Shown: positions 41,668-53,169, numbered from the stretch's first letter. The stretch: 64,000 bases of DNA from Pseudomonadota bacterium (GCA_043825875.1 JBDRRF010000038.1:26830-90829); one strand, 5' to 3'. Notes: generated from the sequence alone by a model not told the origin. Numbers and translations are program-made.

Positions 41668-42426
41668 TTACATATACATTCCTCCATTAACATGAATAAC
41701 TTGCCCAGTAATATAAGAAGCACCTTTTGATGCAAGGAAAATAACTGCTGCTGCAATATCTTCCGTTTTACCAATACGTCCAAGCGGAATACCGTTTATC
41801 AAGATTTCTTTAGCTTTTTCAGAAAGTGCTCCAGTCATGTCAGTTTCTACAAAACCGGGAGCAACGGCATTAACTGTTATATTTTTTGATGCAAGTTCTT
41901 TTGCAACAGCCTTTGTAAACCCTATTATACCGGCCTTTGAAGCAACATAATTAGCCTGCCCCGGATTTCCGCTTGCACCGACAACTGAAGATATATTTAT
42001 TATCCGGCCATATCTTTGCTTTATCATAGGCTTGGCAGCTATTTTAGTACACAGAAAGGCACCTTTCAAATTGGTATCAAGTACATCATCCCAATCTTTT
42101 TCTTTCATTCTAACCAATAGGCCATCTCTTGCAATACCGGCATTATTAACAAGAACATCAATTCTTTTGCTTTCTTCAAGTATTTTGCCGAAAAAAGATT
42201 CTACCTCTTGTCCCGACAACACATCAACCTGCATTCCTTTTGCAAATCCGCCTGCCTCACCAATTGTCTTTTCAAGTTCTTGTGCAGCAGAGGCAGATGA
42301 AGAATAGTTAAAATAAATGCGGGTATCAGGTCCTGCAAAAGCAAGACAAATTGCTCTTCCTATGCCTCTTGTTCCTCCGGTAATAACTACTGTTCGAGTT
42401 GTCTTGTCTGTTATATGATCAGGCAT
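41668..42426 (-). CDS. fabG: 3-oxoacyl-ACP reductase
   Basis: TGGTRGIG, NNAGI, YVASK, next to acpP. Confidence 0.93.
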   Translation of the reverse strand: MPDHITDKTTRTVVITGGTRGIGRAICLAFAGPDTRIYFNYSSSASAAQELEKTIGEAGGFAKGMQVDVLSGQEVESFFGKILEESKRIDVLVNNAGIARDGLLVRMKEKDWDDVLDTNLKGAFLCTKIAAKPMIKQRYGRIINISSVVGASGNPGQANYVASKAGIIGFTKAVAKELASKNITVNAVAPGFVETDMTGALSEKAKEILINGIPLGRIGKTEDIAAAVIFLASKGASYITGQVIHVNGGMYM

Positions 42427-42428
42427 TA

Positions 42429-44093
42429 TTATCTTTCAAAAATTATATCTGCCAATTTATCCATATCTGCCAGAATATTTTCATAACTTTGCATAAGCTC
42501 ATTATATGAAATGGCTTCCATAAAATCCGAGATTTGATTTTTATCAAAAATACCCGAACCAATTAAAATCTTATCTATATTATTTAGTATCAACCTTACG
42601 GTTTCATTGGCAAATATTCTTGATATAATCCTAAACTTTTCGGCCTCCTTGCTGCCATTTTGTATAAGTAAGGCAGATTTTCTGGCAAGGCTTGCGCCAA
42701 CTTCAACATGGGCCATCATATCGGAAAGCAAAAACATGATATACTGCTGTCTGGTAAGTTTATTTTCATGAACAAAGTTTATGGTATCGTTAAGAGCTTT
42801 AGCTGAAAGGCCGTAATAGCGAAATCCTGCATCTGTTATAGAGGAATTCAGTTTATCCATCTCATTTTTTATGGAAAGATAAAATTCACCTTTTGTTTTC
42901 CTCGACTTTTTCCAGCGGAATGTGCTTATAATATTTTGCTGAATTTCACTCGTTCCTTCGTATATACGAGTAATTCTAACATCTCTTTTAATCTTTTCAA
43001 TTTCATATTCAGCTATATACCCATATCCGCCAAGACCCTGAATTGCATCATCTGCTGCTTTATCAGCTGATTCAGTTGTAAAAAGCTTAGCGATTGAGCC
43101 TTCAACCTGGAGATCTTTTTCACCGGAATCAAGACGATGTGCAACTTCATCAATATATGCGGCAGCCGCTTCGGCTCTTACAACATGAGGAACAACGAGT
43201 TTATGTGTATACCCCTGTTTTTCGGAAAGAGGGGAACCAAATTGAATTCTTTGTTGTGCATAAGGGATAAGAATATTAAGAGATGCCTGTGCTGCGCCAA
43301 GCGCCATGGCTGCAACCATAACTCTTGTATATCCGAAAACCTTATTTGCCTGTTTTAAACCCTGCCCCGGAACCCCGCCGATAAGATTTTCAACAGGTAC
43401 AAAAACATCCTCAAACAAAAGAGGGGATGTATTCGATGCGCGTATTCCGTGTTTTTCTTCACCTTTACTCTGAATAAAACCTTTGGCTCCTTTTTCTACA
43501 ACAAAAAAAGCAGGGCCTTCCGGGGTATTGGCAAGAAGTGTGATAAAATCGGCATATCCACCGGTTGAAATAAACTGTTTGGTGCCATTGATTATATAAC
43601 CTGTAATCTTGCCATTCTCAGTTACTGGCTCAGCCTTTGTTTTCAAGGCTGCAAGATTACTTCCGGCATCTGCTTCCGTAACAGCGTATGCAACCAGAGA
43701 TGATCTGTTTGCAATTGCGCCAAGCCATTTCTCTTTCTGCTCTTCGGTACCCCCTACAAGCAGAGGATCTGCACCAAGCTGAAGAGCAAAAAATGCCGTT
43801 GTTATACCAAGGCAGATTTTTGACATCTCGAGTGTTAAATAACAGATGTCACGAGCTCCACCGCCCATACCGCCATAAGCTTCAGGAATTCCCAAAAGCT
43901 GCAAGCCTATTTCCGGGCTAAGCAATTCTCTTATCGTCTCTTCAGGAAAGAATTCCTTTTTATCAAATTCCAGAACTTTTTCTTTAGTAAGAACCCTGTT
44001 CCTTAACCGGTTAACAGTGTCCAAAATCATTTGTCTTGATTCGAGATCAAGCCCATAGAGTTTGATTTCTTTACCAGTTTCAGGTGAAACCAT
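42429..44093 (-). CDS. Acyl-CoA dehydrogenase family protein with C-terminal extension
   Basis: YAVTEADAGS, NGTKQFIS, QGLGGYGY, IYEGTSEIQ; 554 aa. Confidence 0.9.
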   Translation of the reverse strand: MVSPETGKEIKLYGLDLESRQMILDTVNRLRNRVLTKEKVLEFDKKEFFPEETIRELLSPEIGLQLLGIPEAYGGMGGGARDICYLTLEMSKICLGITTAFFALQLGADPLLVGGTEEQKEKWLGAIANRSSLVAYAVTEADAGSNLAALKTKAEPVTENGKITGYIINGTKQFISTGGYADFITLLANTPEGPAFFVVEKGAKGFIQSKGEEKHGIRASNTSPLLFEDVFVPVENLIGGVPGQGLKQANKVFGYTRVMVAAMALGAAQASLNILIPYAQQRIQFGSPLSEKQGYTHKLVVPHVVRAEAAAAYIDEVAHRLDSGEKDLQVEGSIAKLFTTESADKAADDAIQGLGGYGYIAEYEIEKIKRDVRITRIYEGTSEIQQNIISTFRWKKSRKTKGEFYLSIKNEMDKLNSSITDAGFRYYGLSAKALNDTINFVHENKLTRQQYIMFLLSDMMAHVEVGASLARKSALLIQNGSKEAEKFRIISRIFANETVRLILNNIDKILIGSGIFDKNQISDFMEAISYNELMQSYENILADMDKLADIIFER

Positions 44094-44099
44094 TAGACC

Positions 44100-44282
44100 T
44101 TACACCTCTTTTTGTTTGATAACTTCACGCTTATTGTAATATCCGCATTCCGGGCAAACCCGGTGTGCAGGTTTTGCCTCACCACACTGAGAGCATTTAG
44201 ATAAATTAATAGCTTCAATTTTCTGATGAGTACGACGTTTGTCACGTTTAGATTTGGATGTTTTGTGTTTTGGTACAGCCAT
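44100..44282 (-). CDS. rpmF: 50S ribosomal protein L32
   Basis: MAVPKHKTSKSKRDKRRTH, Zn ribbon. Confidence 0.97.
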   Translation of the reverse strand: MAVPKHKTSKSKRDKRRTHQKIEAINLSKCSQCGEAKPAHRVCPECGYYNKREVIKQKEV

Positions 44283-44656
44283 AAATAAAATCCTAATATT
44301 AAAAAATCATTATTAAAAACCATTAACCTGCAATAGTACAAATTATCAAGATTAAGTAATTTAAATACATAAGATTGTCAAGAAATTTTGCATTTTATTT
44401 ATGGTTGATATTTTTTTTCGATAAGGTTCCATTTAGTTTTAAACCAATTCAAATGATTATAAGAACTTCAATTATATCTGACCACAAATCAATGGAGTAC
44501 TTTTAGACATATTATAAATATATACAAGAATATTGCTCCAAAATATTTTATATTGCATATTCTTTTTTTTTATTATAAATACACATATATTCATATTATA
44601 TGTTGATATATACCTTATTTTATTATGTTTTTACCTTATAACAAAGGAACCCTGAA

Positions 44657-46408
44657 ATGAAGGGAAAGAAAGAAACAAAGGCCGGGCTTCTTTCAGAACA
44701 TTCAGATCTTGACACAAACAACCCGGCCCCTGCAAAACTCAAACAAAATACTCCTGCATGCTCCTCTAATGAAAAACAAGAATGGTATTATCTTTTGTTT
44801 AATAATATCAGCGATATCGCATTTGTAAATGAATGGCCTGATAAAACATATTTTCCGGGAAATTTTATTGAAGTAAATGACGCTGCCTGCGAGCAGTTAG
44901 GTTATACCAAAGATGAGCTTTTATTAATGACTCCTCCTGATATTGACAAAAAATTTGAGGCCACTTTTAATAAATCTGATATTCCGGAACTACTTTTAAA
45001 AAATAAGCAGGCTATATGGGAAGGCTTGGTTATAAACAAAGATGGCCGGGAAATGCCCGTAGAAATATATAGTAGTTTGTTTTATAAAGATAAAAAAACG
45101 TTTATTCTGTCAACTATAAGAGACGTCGGAGATCGAAAACAAGCGGAAGAAGCACTTAAAAAGAGTGAAGAAAGATATCATGACCTTTTTGAAAATGCAA
45201 ACGACGCAATCTATCTAACGGATGCAGATGGCAATATAAAAGAAGTCAATAATAAAGCGCTTGAATTACAGGGATATTCGCGTGAGGAGCTAATAGGAAC
45301 GAGCCTTTACGATCATATATCAGAAAAAAATTTGCCCTATTTTAAAAAGATTGTAATAAAATTTAAAAAAACCGGCACACACGATAGTTTTCTTGCAAAT
45401 ACAATAGCTAAAGACGGGCGGACACTTATTTTGGAACTTAGCGCATCCGCCATAAAAGAAGGAGACAATTATGTTGGTGCACTAACAATTGTGCGGGATA
45501 TTACTGATCGCATTATGGCTGAAAAGGCGCTGCGTGAAAGCGAACAGCGTTATAGAGATTTGGTTGAGAATTCACCAAATATTATTTATTCTTTTTCTGA
45601 TAAGAGGGGAGTAATCTTTTGCTCTTCACTCTACCAGGATATTTTGGGATATTCTGCAGAACAATTTACAGAAAACCTTTTTATATGGCGAACATATATT
45701 CATCCGGAAGATCATTATATAGTTTCTCAGGTTATTAAGTGTTTTTCAGAAGGCAAGCATTTTAATGTAGAATACCGTATTAAAGACAAGCAAGGAAAAT
45801 GGCATTGGTTTGAGGACAAATCTATAAGCATACGTAAAGAAAATGACGAATTTATTGTAAATGGCCTTATAACAGAAATCACTGAACGCAAAATGATGGA
45901 GCAAGAGATACGTGAATTGTCTATGCGTGACCAGCTCACTGAATTATATAATAGACGTGGATTCATCACCCTTGCTGAGCAGCAATTAAAATCTGTTAAA
46001 AGGACAAAAAAACAGATGACACTTTTATTCCTTGATGCGGATGATCTTAAAACAATAAATGATACCCATGGACATGAAGAAGGAGACAAAGCACTGTATA
46101 ACACGGCAGATATTCTCCGTCAGACTTTTCGTGAATCAGATATAATTGCCCGTATTGGCGGTGACGAGTTTGCGGTATTAGTCGTTGATTCAACAGATAT
46201 GAATTCTAAAATAATTACGCAACGACTTTGGCAAAATATAAATAATTTCAATACAAGCAAAGTTAGAAAATACAAACTTTCCCTGAGCTGGGGCTCCGCT
46301 ATTTACGATCCTGATTCCACACTCACATTGGACAAGCTTATGTCTATAGCCGACGGATTAATGTATACTCAAAAAAGAGCTAAAAAAAATATAAAAGATA
46401 ATAATTAA
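44657..46408 (+). CDS. Diguanylate cyclase with three PAS domains
   Basis: PAS/PAC repeats, DQLTELYNRR, RESD I-site, GGDEF. Confidence 0.93.
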   Translation: MKGKKETKAGLLSEHSDLDTNNPAPAKLKQNTPACSSNEKQEWYYLLFNNISDIAFVNEWPDKTYFPGNFIEVNDAACEQLGYTKDELLLMTPPDIDKKFEATFNKSDIPELLLKNKQAIWEGLVINKDGREMPVEIYSSLFYKDKKTFILSTIRDVGDRKQAEEALKKSEERYHDLFENANDAIYLTDADGNIKEVNNKALELQGYSREELIGTSLYDHISEKNLPYFKKIVIKFKKTGTHDSFLANTIAKDGRTLILELSASAIKEGDNYVGALTIVRDITDRIMAEKALRESEQRYRDLVENSPNIIYSFSDKRGVIFCSSLYQDILGYSAEQFTENLFIWRTYIHPEDHYIVSQVIKCFSEGKHFNVEYRIKDKQGKWHWFEDKSISIRKENDEFIVNGLITEITERKMMEQEIRELSMRDQLTELYNRRGFITLAEQQLKSVKRTKKQMTLLFLDADDLKTINDTHGHEEGDKALYNTADILRQTFRESDIIARIGGDEFAVLVVDSTDMNSKIITQRLWQNINNFNTSKVRKYKLSLSWGSAIYDPDSTLTLDKLMSIADGLMYTQKRAKKNIKDNN

Positions 46409-46427
46409 TTATAATAATGAGCTGCAT

Positions 46428-46901
46428 ATGCTTACAAGAGTGTTTATTCATGGCCTCGAAAGCTCCGGAAAAGGGACAAAGGGAACATTTTTCAAGAAAA
46501 CATATCCTGACATGATAGTTGAGGACTTTTTAGGTAATTTTGAAGAAAGAATGCTAAAGCTAACTGCTGTTTTATCGAAAAAGGATGATCTTGTCATAGT
46601 CGGTTCCAGCTATGGGGGATTAATGGCTACTGTTTTTGCAAGTCGTACTTTAAATAAAATCAGAAAGCTTATTCTATTGGCGCCAGCCTTAAACCATATG
46701 CCCTTTGAATTTTTTCCTGAAAAGAGCTTGGATGTCCCTGTTTACATATATCATGGAAATCATGATGAAATTATCCCACATGGTCCGGTCCGTGAAATAG
46801 CTAATAAAATATTTTCTAGCCCTTTCTGGAATTTGGTTGATGATGACCACTCCCTTCATAAGACCTTTTTTAGCTTGAACTGGAATATTCTTTTATCCTG
46901 A
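46428..46901 (+). CDS. YqiA-like alpha/beta hydrolase
   Basis: HGLESS, GSSYGG, DDDH. Confidence 0.8.
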   Translation: MLTRVFIHGLESSGKGTKGTFFKKTYPDMIVEDFLGNFEERMLKLTAVLSKKDDLVIVGSSYGGLMATVFASRTLNKIRKLILLAPALNHMPFEFFPEKSLDVPVYIYHGNHDEIIPHGPVREIANKIFSSPFWNLVDDDHSLHKTFFSLNWNILLS

Positions 46902-47107
46902 AATACTTTTTTTAAATCAACTAAATTTTTGATATGTAATGATATTCTAAAATATCATAAAAATTCCTGCGATTTGTGCAATTTTTTTTTGATATTTCAG
47001 AATTAATGTTATATCGTATTAAATATCATAAAAATATCCAGCAAATTTTTTGGTATTTTATAAGTCTATTTTTTTTGATGATATCTGAAATACATATGAG
47101 GTTTTAA

Positions 47108-48673
47108 ATGAATATTAATGAAAAAGATTTTTTTCATCAGGCTACCATTCGTATTTGCGGCAGTCTTGAGATAGATCAGGCATTGATGAATTCTTTTCTG
47201 TATCTGAAAGATTTTATTCCCTTAGATGACATGTGGCTTGCCTTATTTGATAAAGATATTGGAGCGTTGCGTGCTATAGCAATAGCTGATTTTTCAGGTG
47301 TAAAAAAAATGGATACAGTTATTCCACTTCCTCGCAATGTGAGAACTGAGATTGACAAGCAGGATTTCACTCCTAAAAAGGTTACAATAGTAAACCGGAT
47401 GGAACTGAATCCAATGGCACTGAATTTATCAAATATTCTTGGGTATCCTGAATCGTCATGCATGATTTTTCCTCTTTTGACAGACAACGCAAGAATTGGG
47501 GTTTTAGTAATGAGGGCCGGGGGCAGAGACAGATATCTGGATTCACACGCAAGATTGGTTGCAATGCTGCACGACCCTTTTGCGGTTGCCATGTCTAATG
47601 CTTTAAGGCACGAAGATGTTCTTAAACTAAAAGATATGTTGGCTGATGACAATCAATATCTGATCCGCGAACTCCGACAGTTAGCTGGAGATAAAATTGT
47701 AGGAGCGGATACCGGCCTTAAAAATGTTATGGATATGGTACATCAGGTTGCACCTCGTGATAATCCGGTACTGCTCATGGGTGAGACCGGGGTTGGCAAA
47801 GAAGTTGTCGCAAACGCCATTCATTATACCTCACCCCGCAAAGAAGGCCCATTTATTAAAGTAAACAGCGGCGCTATCCCGGAAGGTCTTATTGACAGCG
47901 AATTGTTTGGACATGAAAAAGGTGCATTTACCGGTGCGGTATCTCAAAAAAGAGGTCGATTTGAAAGAGCAAACGGTGGAACGATATTTTTAGATGAAAT
48001 CGGAGATCTGCCCATGCAGGCGCAGAGCAGATTGTTACGGGTAATTCAGCAAAAAGAACTTGAACGTGTTGGTGGAACAAAAACAATTACTGTTGATACG
48101 CGCATCATTGCCGCTACTCATCGTAATCTGGAGCAGATGGTAGGAAACAATAAATTTCGCGAAGATCTTTGGTACAGGCTAAGTGTTTTTCCTATCGTCA
48201 TACCTCCTTTAAGGCAAAGAAAATCCGATATCCCTGCACTTGTAGAGCACTTTTTAAAACGTAAAACAAGAGAGCTTAATTTTCGAGGTATTCCGCCTAT
48301 TGTGCCAGAAGCAATTGAACGACTTATGGATTATCCGTGGAAGGGGAATGTAAGAGAACTTGAAAATATGGTCGAAAGAGCATTGATCCAATATAGCGGC
48401 GGATTATTAAATTTCGGCCACTTCATATTTTCTCAGGAAAATGATGTTCCTGCTTTTTCAAGCAGAAATGGCAGGAAACTCAAACTGGATGAAGTTATTG
48501 CAACTCATATCAAATCTATACTTGAAGAAACTCAGGGGAAAATCAGTGGCGCAGGAGGCGCCGCAGAACTCCTTGGTATAAATTCCAATACACTCAGGTG
48601 CAGGATGGATAAGCTAGGAATAAAATATGGGAAAAAGAAACGGGAAGTTCATGCAAATAGCTCTCAATATTAA
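47108..48673 (+). CDS. Sigma-54-dependent transcriptional regulator (GAF-AAA-HTH)
   Basis: GETGVGKE, GAFTGA, FLDEIG, WKGNVREL, C-terminal HTH. Confidence 0.93.
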   Translation: MNINEKDFFHQATIRICGSLEIDQALMNSFLYLKDFIPLDDMWLALFDKDIGALRAIAIADFSGVKKMDTVIPLPRNVRTEIDKQDFTPKKVTIVNRMELNPMALNLSNILGYPESSCMIFPLLTDNARIGVLVMRAGGRDRYLDSHARLVAMLHDPFAVAMSNALRHEDVLKLKDMLADDNQYLIRELRQLAGDKIVGADTGLKNVMDMVHQVAPRDNPVLLMGETGVGKEVVANAIHYTSPRKEGPFIKVNSGAIPEGLIDSELFGHEKGAFTGAVSQKRGRFERANGGTIFLDEIGDLPMQAQSRLLRVIQQKELERVGGTKTITVDTRIIAATHRNLEQMVGNNKFREDLWYRLSVFPIVIPPLRQRKSDIPALVEHFLKRKTRELNFRGIPPIVPEAIERLMDYPWKGNVRELENMVERALIQYSGGLLNFGHFIFSQENDVPAFSSRNGRKLKLDEVIATHIKSILEETQGKISGAGGAAELLGINSNTLRCRMDKLGIKYGKKKREVHANSSQY

Positions 48674-48722
48674 ACGGCCTCTTAATGGGCTTTTTACGAG
48701 TCCATTAAGAGGCCGTTTTTTT
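48672..48722. terminator. Bidirectional terminator between the regulator and rplQ
   Basis: AAACGGCCTCTTAATGGGC-TTTTTACGA-GTCCATTAAGAGGCCGTTT, T-tract. Confidence 0.8.
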
Positions 48723-48753
48723 ACTTGTCAGAATAGAGCAGTTAAATAGTGGC

Positions 48754-49248
48754 TTAAACCGTACCTGCGTTGTTTTCTTCCGGTGCAGGCACTGCTTCTT
48801 CCTTAGCTATATCCGTTACTGGGTTTTTTGCACTTATCTTTTTTTTCTTTGCAGCAGTCTTTTTCTTCTTTACATCTTTCTTTTTGTCCTCACCTGAACC
48901 GACAAGTTCAACCATAGATATAAGGGCAGCATCTCCGGGGCGAATTCCAATTTTTACTACCCTCGTATATCCGCCGGTAATTGAACCAAATCGTTCGGAA
49001 GCTTCTTCAAAAAGCTTATGGACAACATCTTTTTCTCTGACTATTGACAAAGCCTGCCGTCTTGCACTTAGATCGCCCTGTTTTGCAAGCGTTATAATTT
49101 TATCCGCCCACCGTTTCAATTCTTTTGCTTTAACATCGGTAGTATGTATTCTGTCATATTTGAATAAAGAAGTTACCATGTTCCTAAACATGGCATTCCT
49201 ATGACTGCTTGTTCTTCCTAATTTCAAACCTGCATTTTGATGTCTCAT
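48754..49248 (-). CDS. rplQ: 50S ribosomal protein L17
   Basis: [17 protein letters not shown]; Lys-rich tail. Confidence 0.97.
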   Translation of the reverse strand: MRHQNAGLKLGRTSSHRNAMFRNMVTSLFKYDRIHTTDVKAKELKRWADKIITLAKQGDLSARRQALSIVREKDVVHKLFEEASERFGSITGGYTRVVKIGIRPGDAALISMVELVGSGEDKKKDVKKKKTAAKKKKISAKNPVTDIAKEEAVPAPEENNAGTV

Positions 49249-49256
49249 ATCACTTT

Positions 49257-50279
49257 TTATTCTCCTTCTGCTTCGTCTTCTTCAGGAAGTACAAATTCTT
49301 CCAGTTTCATTCCTAGAGAAAGTCCCATTTCATTCAATACTTCTTTGATTTCATTTAATGACTTTCTTCCAAAATTTTTAGTTCTGAGCATTTCTGCCTC
49401 AGTTTTATTTACTAGCTGGTAAATCTTAAATATATTAGCGTTTTTAAGACAATTTGCGCTTCTTACCGAAAGTTCTAATTCTTCAACGCTCCTATACAGA
49501 TTTTCATTAAATTGCGGTTTCTGTCGCTTATCTGTTTTCTTCTCAACCTCCGGCTCAAGTTTTTCATCGAAATCTATGAATATTGACATCTGCTCTTTTA
49601 ATATTTTTGCAGAATATGAAAGTGCGTCTCTTGGAGAAACACTTCCATCCGTCCAGACTTCAAGCGTAAGCTTGTCGTAATCGGTTCTTTGGCCGACACG
49701 TGCATTTCCCACCACGTAGTTAACCCGTTTAACAGGAGAAAAAACTGCATCTATAGGAATAGTTCCTACAGGATCTTCTTCACTCTTATTGTTTTCAGAT
49801 AAAGTATAGCCTTTACCGACTTTAATGGTCATATCAGCTTTTAAAACAGCGTCTTTCGATAAAGTTGCAATATGGATATCAGGATTTAATGCTTCACATT
49901 TACCATCATCACTTATTATATCGCGTGCTGTTATCTCACACTCACCTGCTGCATCTATGCGAACTGTTTTTGGTTCATCGTCTGCCGTCTTGAATCGCAC
50001 ACCTTTAAGGTTAAGGATAATCTCAGATACATCTTCGAGCACACCCGGTATCACGCTGAATTCATGAAACACTGACTCGAATTTCACAGATACGACAGCG
50101 GCGCCATACAGCGAAGACAACATTATGCGCCTTAAAGCATTACCGATAGTTAATCCAAATCCTCTTTCAAGAGGTTCACAAACGAACTTGTCATAGTTGG
50201 GCATATTGGTGGTAACCTGAACTTTATCAGGCATAATCATCTCTTGCCAGTTCATGTACATAAGTTCATTTGAAGCCAT
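49257..50279 (-). CDS. rpoA: RNA polymerase alpha subunit
   Basis: [30 protein letters not shown]. Confidence 0.98.
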   Translation of the reverse strand: MASNELMYMNWQEMIMPDKVQVTTNMPNYDKFVCEPLERGFGLTIGNALRRIMLSSLYGAAVVSVKFESVFHEFSVIPGVLEDVSEIILNLKGVRFKTADDEPKTVRIDAAGECEITARDIISDDGKCEALNPDIHIATLSKDAVLKADMTIKVGKGYTLSENNKSEEDPVGTIPIDAVFSPVKRVNYVVGNARVGQRTDYDKLTLEVWTDGSVSPRDALSYSAKILKEQMSIFIDFDEKLEPEVEKKTDKRQKPQFNENLYRSVEELELSVRSANCLKNANIFKIYQLVNKTEAEMLRTKNFGRKSLNEIKEVLNEMGLSLGMKLEEFVLPEEDEAEGE

Positions 50280-50420
50280 AATTATTTTCTCCAGATTTTT
50301 TCAGGGAACAATTTATATGAATGTATATAGTAAAACTATTCAAATATATAATGGTGCTGCATCTTATACTTAAAATATGCATATTTTGCAAAGCACTGTT
50401 ACAAGTGCCATGTAGGTATA

Positions 50421-51050
50421 TTATTTAGAATAAAGTTCTACTATTAGCTGCTCCTGGATAGGCATAGTAATATCTTCGCGAACAGGAAAACTTTTAACTT
50501 TTCCTTTAAAGTTTTCTTTTTCCAATTCGAGCCATTGCGGTATCCCCCTACGAGCAACAGCATCCAAGGAATCACTTATCGCCTTAACATTACGACTATT
50601 CTCATTTAGCTCCAATATATCCCCAATTTTTATCAGATAAGATGGGATGTTATTTTTTTTACCGTTTATCTTAAAGTGATTATGTCTAACAAAATGGCGG
50701 CCCTGAGAACGTGAGGAAACAAAACCAAGTCTATATACTACATTATCAAGCCTTCGTTCCAGCATCACAAGAAGATTAGTTCCGGTTATATCCCTTTGCC
50801 GTTCTGCTCTTTCAAAAAAAAGACGAAACTGCTTTTCCGAAAGGCCATATAATCTTTTTGTTTTTTGCTTCTCCCTTAGCTGCACCCCATAATCGGAAAA
50901 TTTCCTGCCTCGCCGCTGTCCATGCTGTCCTGGTGCATAGCTTCGCCTGTCAAAAGCACATTTATCCGAATAACAGCGATCACCTTTAAGAAACATTTTT
51001 AAATTTTCACGCCGGCAAAGCCGACATACCGCACCTATATATCGTGCCAA
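50421..51050 (-). CDS. rpsD: 30S ribosomal protein S4
   Basis: [23 protein letters not shown]. Confidence 0.98.
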   Translation of the reverse strand: MARYIGAVCRLCRRENLKMFLKGDRCYSDKCAFDRRSYAPGQHGQRRGRKFSDYGVQLREKQKTKRLYGLSEKQFRLFFERAERQRDITGTNLLVMLERRLDNVVYRLGFVSSRSQGRHFVRHNHFKINGKKNNIPSYLIKIGDILELNENSRNVKAISDSLDAVARRGIPQWLELEKENFKGKVKSFPVREDITMPIQEQLIVELYSK

Positions 51051-51210
51051 ATCTTCCTCCTTTTAAAACTTATAACACACTATGTTTAACTCGAGTTGGC
51101 AATAATTGCTTGTTATAATCGATGACTATACAAATAACCCATTGGTAATATTTAAGATAAGAAACAGATGTTATTCAAAACGGGGCCTATATTTATAGCC
51201 ATTATCAATT

Positions 51211-51597
51211 TTACACTCTTCGTCTTTTTGGTGACCGGCATCCATTGTGTGGAATTGGTGTTACATCCTTAATCATCAAAATATTAAAACCGGCGGCCTG
51301 AAGCGAACGAAGCGCTGATTCCCTTCCAGGGCCAGGTCCTTTGACATATACATCTACATTTTTCATTCCATGTTCCATCGCCTTTTTTGCAGCATCTTCA
51401 GCCGCAAGCTGCGCAGCAAAGGGCGTGCTTTTTCTTGAGCCTTTAAAACCCTGAACTCCGGCACTCGACCATCCGACAACATTGCCTGCAGGATCTGTAA
51501 TTGAAATTATGGTATTATTGAAAGTAGAATAAATATGGACTACTCCGCTGGGAATATTCTTTTTTTCTTTCTTTTTTACTCGGGTTTTTTTCGCCAT
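51211..51597 (-). CDS. rpsK: 30S ribosomal protein S11
   Basis: [16 protein letters not shown]. Confidence 0.98.
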   Translation of the reverse strand: MAKKTRVKKKEKKNIPSGVVHIYSTFNNTIISITDPAGNVVGWSSAGVQGFKGSRKSTPFAAQLAAEDAAKKAMEHGMKNVDVYVKGPGPGRESALRSLQAAGFNILMIKDVTPIPHNGCRSPKRRRV

Positions 51598-51623
51598 ATA
51601 ATGTAAAGCCTCTGTATATTAAT

Positions 51624-52007
51624 TTACTTCTTTTTGGTTACAGCCTTTTTCCTTACCGTAGAACGTTTCGGGCCCTTTCTGGTTCTTGAATTTGTTTTTG
51701 TTCTCTGACCCCGCACGGGAAGTGATTTTCTATGGCGAAGACCGCGGTAACAACCAAGATCCATAAGTCTCTTGATATTCATCGAAATATCGGTACGGAG
51801 TTCACCTTCAACTTTATATTCTGTAGTTAATATCTTACGGATACTGTTGATTTCTACTTCAGATAACTGATCCACTTTAGTATCCGGATTAATATTAAGC
51901 TTTGAGAGTATCGCTTTTGACATAGATCTTCCGATGCCGTAAATATATGTCAGGCCGATTTCAACTCTCTTCTGCTTAGGTAGATCTACGCCTGCAATTC
52001 TTGCCAA
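51624..52007 (-). CDS. rpsM: 30S ribosomal protein S13
   Basis: MARIAGVD, YRGLRH, RGQRT. Confidence 0.98.
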   Translation of the reverse strand: MARIAGVDLPKQKRVEIGLTYIYGIGRSMSKAILSKLNINPDTKVDQLSEVEINSIRKILTTEYKVEGELRTDISMNIKRLMDLGCYRGLRHRKSLPVRGQRTKTNSRTRKGPKRSTVRKKAVTKKK

Positions 52008-52022
52008 AGCTTATCCTCCTTA

Positions 52023-52136
52023 TTATCCCTGCCTTTGTTTGTGTCTTTTGTTTTCACAGATTACCCTTATAACACCTTTTCTGCGAACAATTTTGCATTT
52101 ACTGCATATTTTTTTTACTGATGCCCTGACTTTCAT
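52023..52136 (-). CDS. rpmJ: 50S ribosomal protein L36
   Basis: Read by hand: [37 protein letters not shown]. Confidence 0.97.
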   Translation of the reverse strand: MKVRASVKKICSKCKIVRRKGVIRVICENKRHKQRQG

Positions 52137-52190
52137 TTACGATACTCCTTCTATGCTCTGGGCTATTATCTACTATAAATATTTAATCTT

Positions 52191-52409
52191 TTACTTTGTT
52201 CTATATGTTATTCTGCCACGAGTAAGATCATAAGGCGACAGTTCGACAGTAACTTTATCTCCTGGAAGTATTTTAATAAAATGCATCCGCATCTTCCCTG
52301 AGATATGTGCAAGAACCTGATGTTTGTTTTCAAGTTCAACCTTGAACATCGCATTGGGCAGCGTCTCAAGCACTGTTCCTTCCACCTTGATCGCTTCCTC
52401 TTTTGCCAT
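52191..52409 (-). CDS. infA: Translation initiation factor IF-1
   Basis: [20 protein letters not shown]. Confidence 0.98.
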   Translation of the reverse strand: MAKEEAIKVEGTVLETLPNAMFKVELENKHQVLAHISGKMRMHFIKILPGDKVTVELSPYDLTRGRITYRTK

Positions 52410-52412
52410 AGC

Positions 52413-53168
52413 TTAGCTCCCAATTCTTTCGCTTAAAATAGCAGGCTTATTATCAGTAACCGCTATCGTATGTTCAAAGTGTGCGGATAACCCGCCATCT
52501 TTTGTTATAGCTGTCCAACCGTCTTCTAAAATATCTACTTCACAACCTTTTTCATTAACCATTGGTTCAATTGCTAAAGTCATCCCAGTTTTTAACATAA
52601 TTCCAATTCCGGGTTTACCATAATTTGGAATCTGCGGGTCCTCATGCAGACTACTTCCTATCCCATGCCCGACAAAAATACGAACAACTGAATATCCGGC
52701 AGCTTCTACATGAGACTGAACAGCATGCGATATGTCTGATAGTCTTCCACCCGGTACCGCTTTTGTAATGCCTTTGTATAAAGCCTCTTTTGTAATCAGA
52801 ACAAGTTTCTTTGCTGATTTGGATATTTTACCAACAGGAACCGTTATGGCAGAATCACCATAATATCCATCAAACAAAACTCCAAAATCAAGGCTAACAA
52901 TGTCACCTTCTGCAAGAGGTTTTTTAGAAGGCAAACCATGCACAACAACATTATTAACTGAGGTGCAAAGGGAATATGGATATCCCTTATAACCCTTAAA
53001 TGCCGGTACAGCATCCTTTTCAAGAGTCAGCTTCTCTGCAACATCATTTAGATATAAAGTAGTTATACCTGCTCTTACTTCTTTTTCAAGTCTTCCAAGT
53101 ATATCAGCTACAATCTGGTTGCTAACCCTAATTTTTTCAATTTCTTTAGGTGATTTAAAAACCACCAT
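52413..53168 (-). CDS. map: Methionine aminopeptidase
   Basis: GHGIG, HEDP, AIEPM, SAHFEHT. Confidence 0.97.
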   Translation of the reverse strand: MVVFKSPKEIEKIRVSNQIVADILGRLEKEVRAGITTLYLNDVAEKLTLEKDAVPAFKGYKGYPYSLCTSVNNVVVHGLPSKKPLAEGDIVSLDFGVLFDGYYGDSAITVPVGKISKSAKKLVLITKEALYKGITKAVPGGRLSDISHAVQSHVEAAGYSVVRIFVGHGIGSSLHEDPQIPNYGKPGIGIMLKTGMTLAIEPMVNEKGCEVDILEDGWTAITKDGGLSAHFEHTIAVTDNKPAILSERIGS

Positions 53169-53169
53169 A

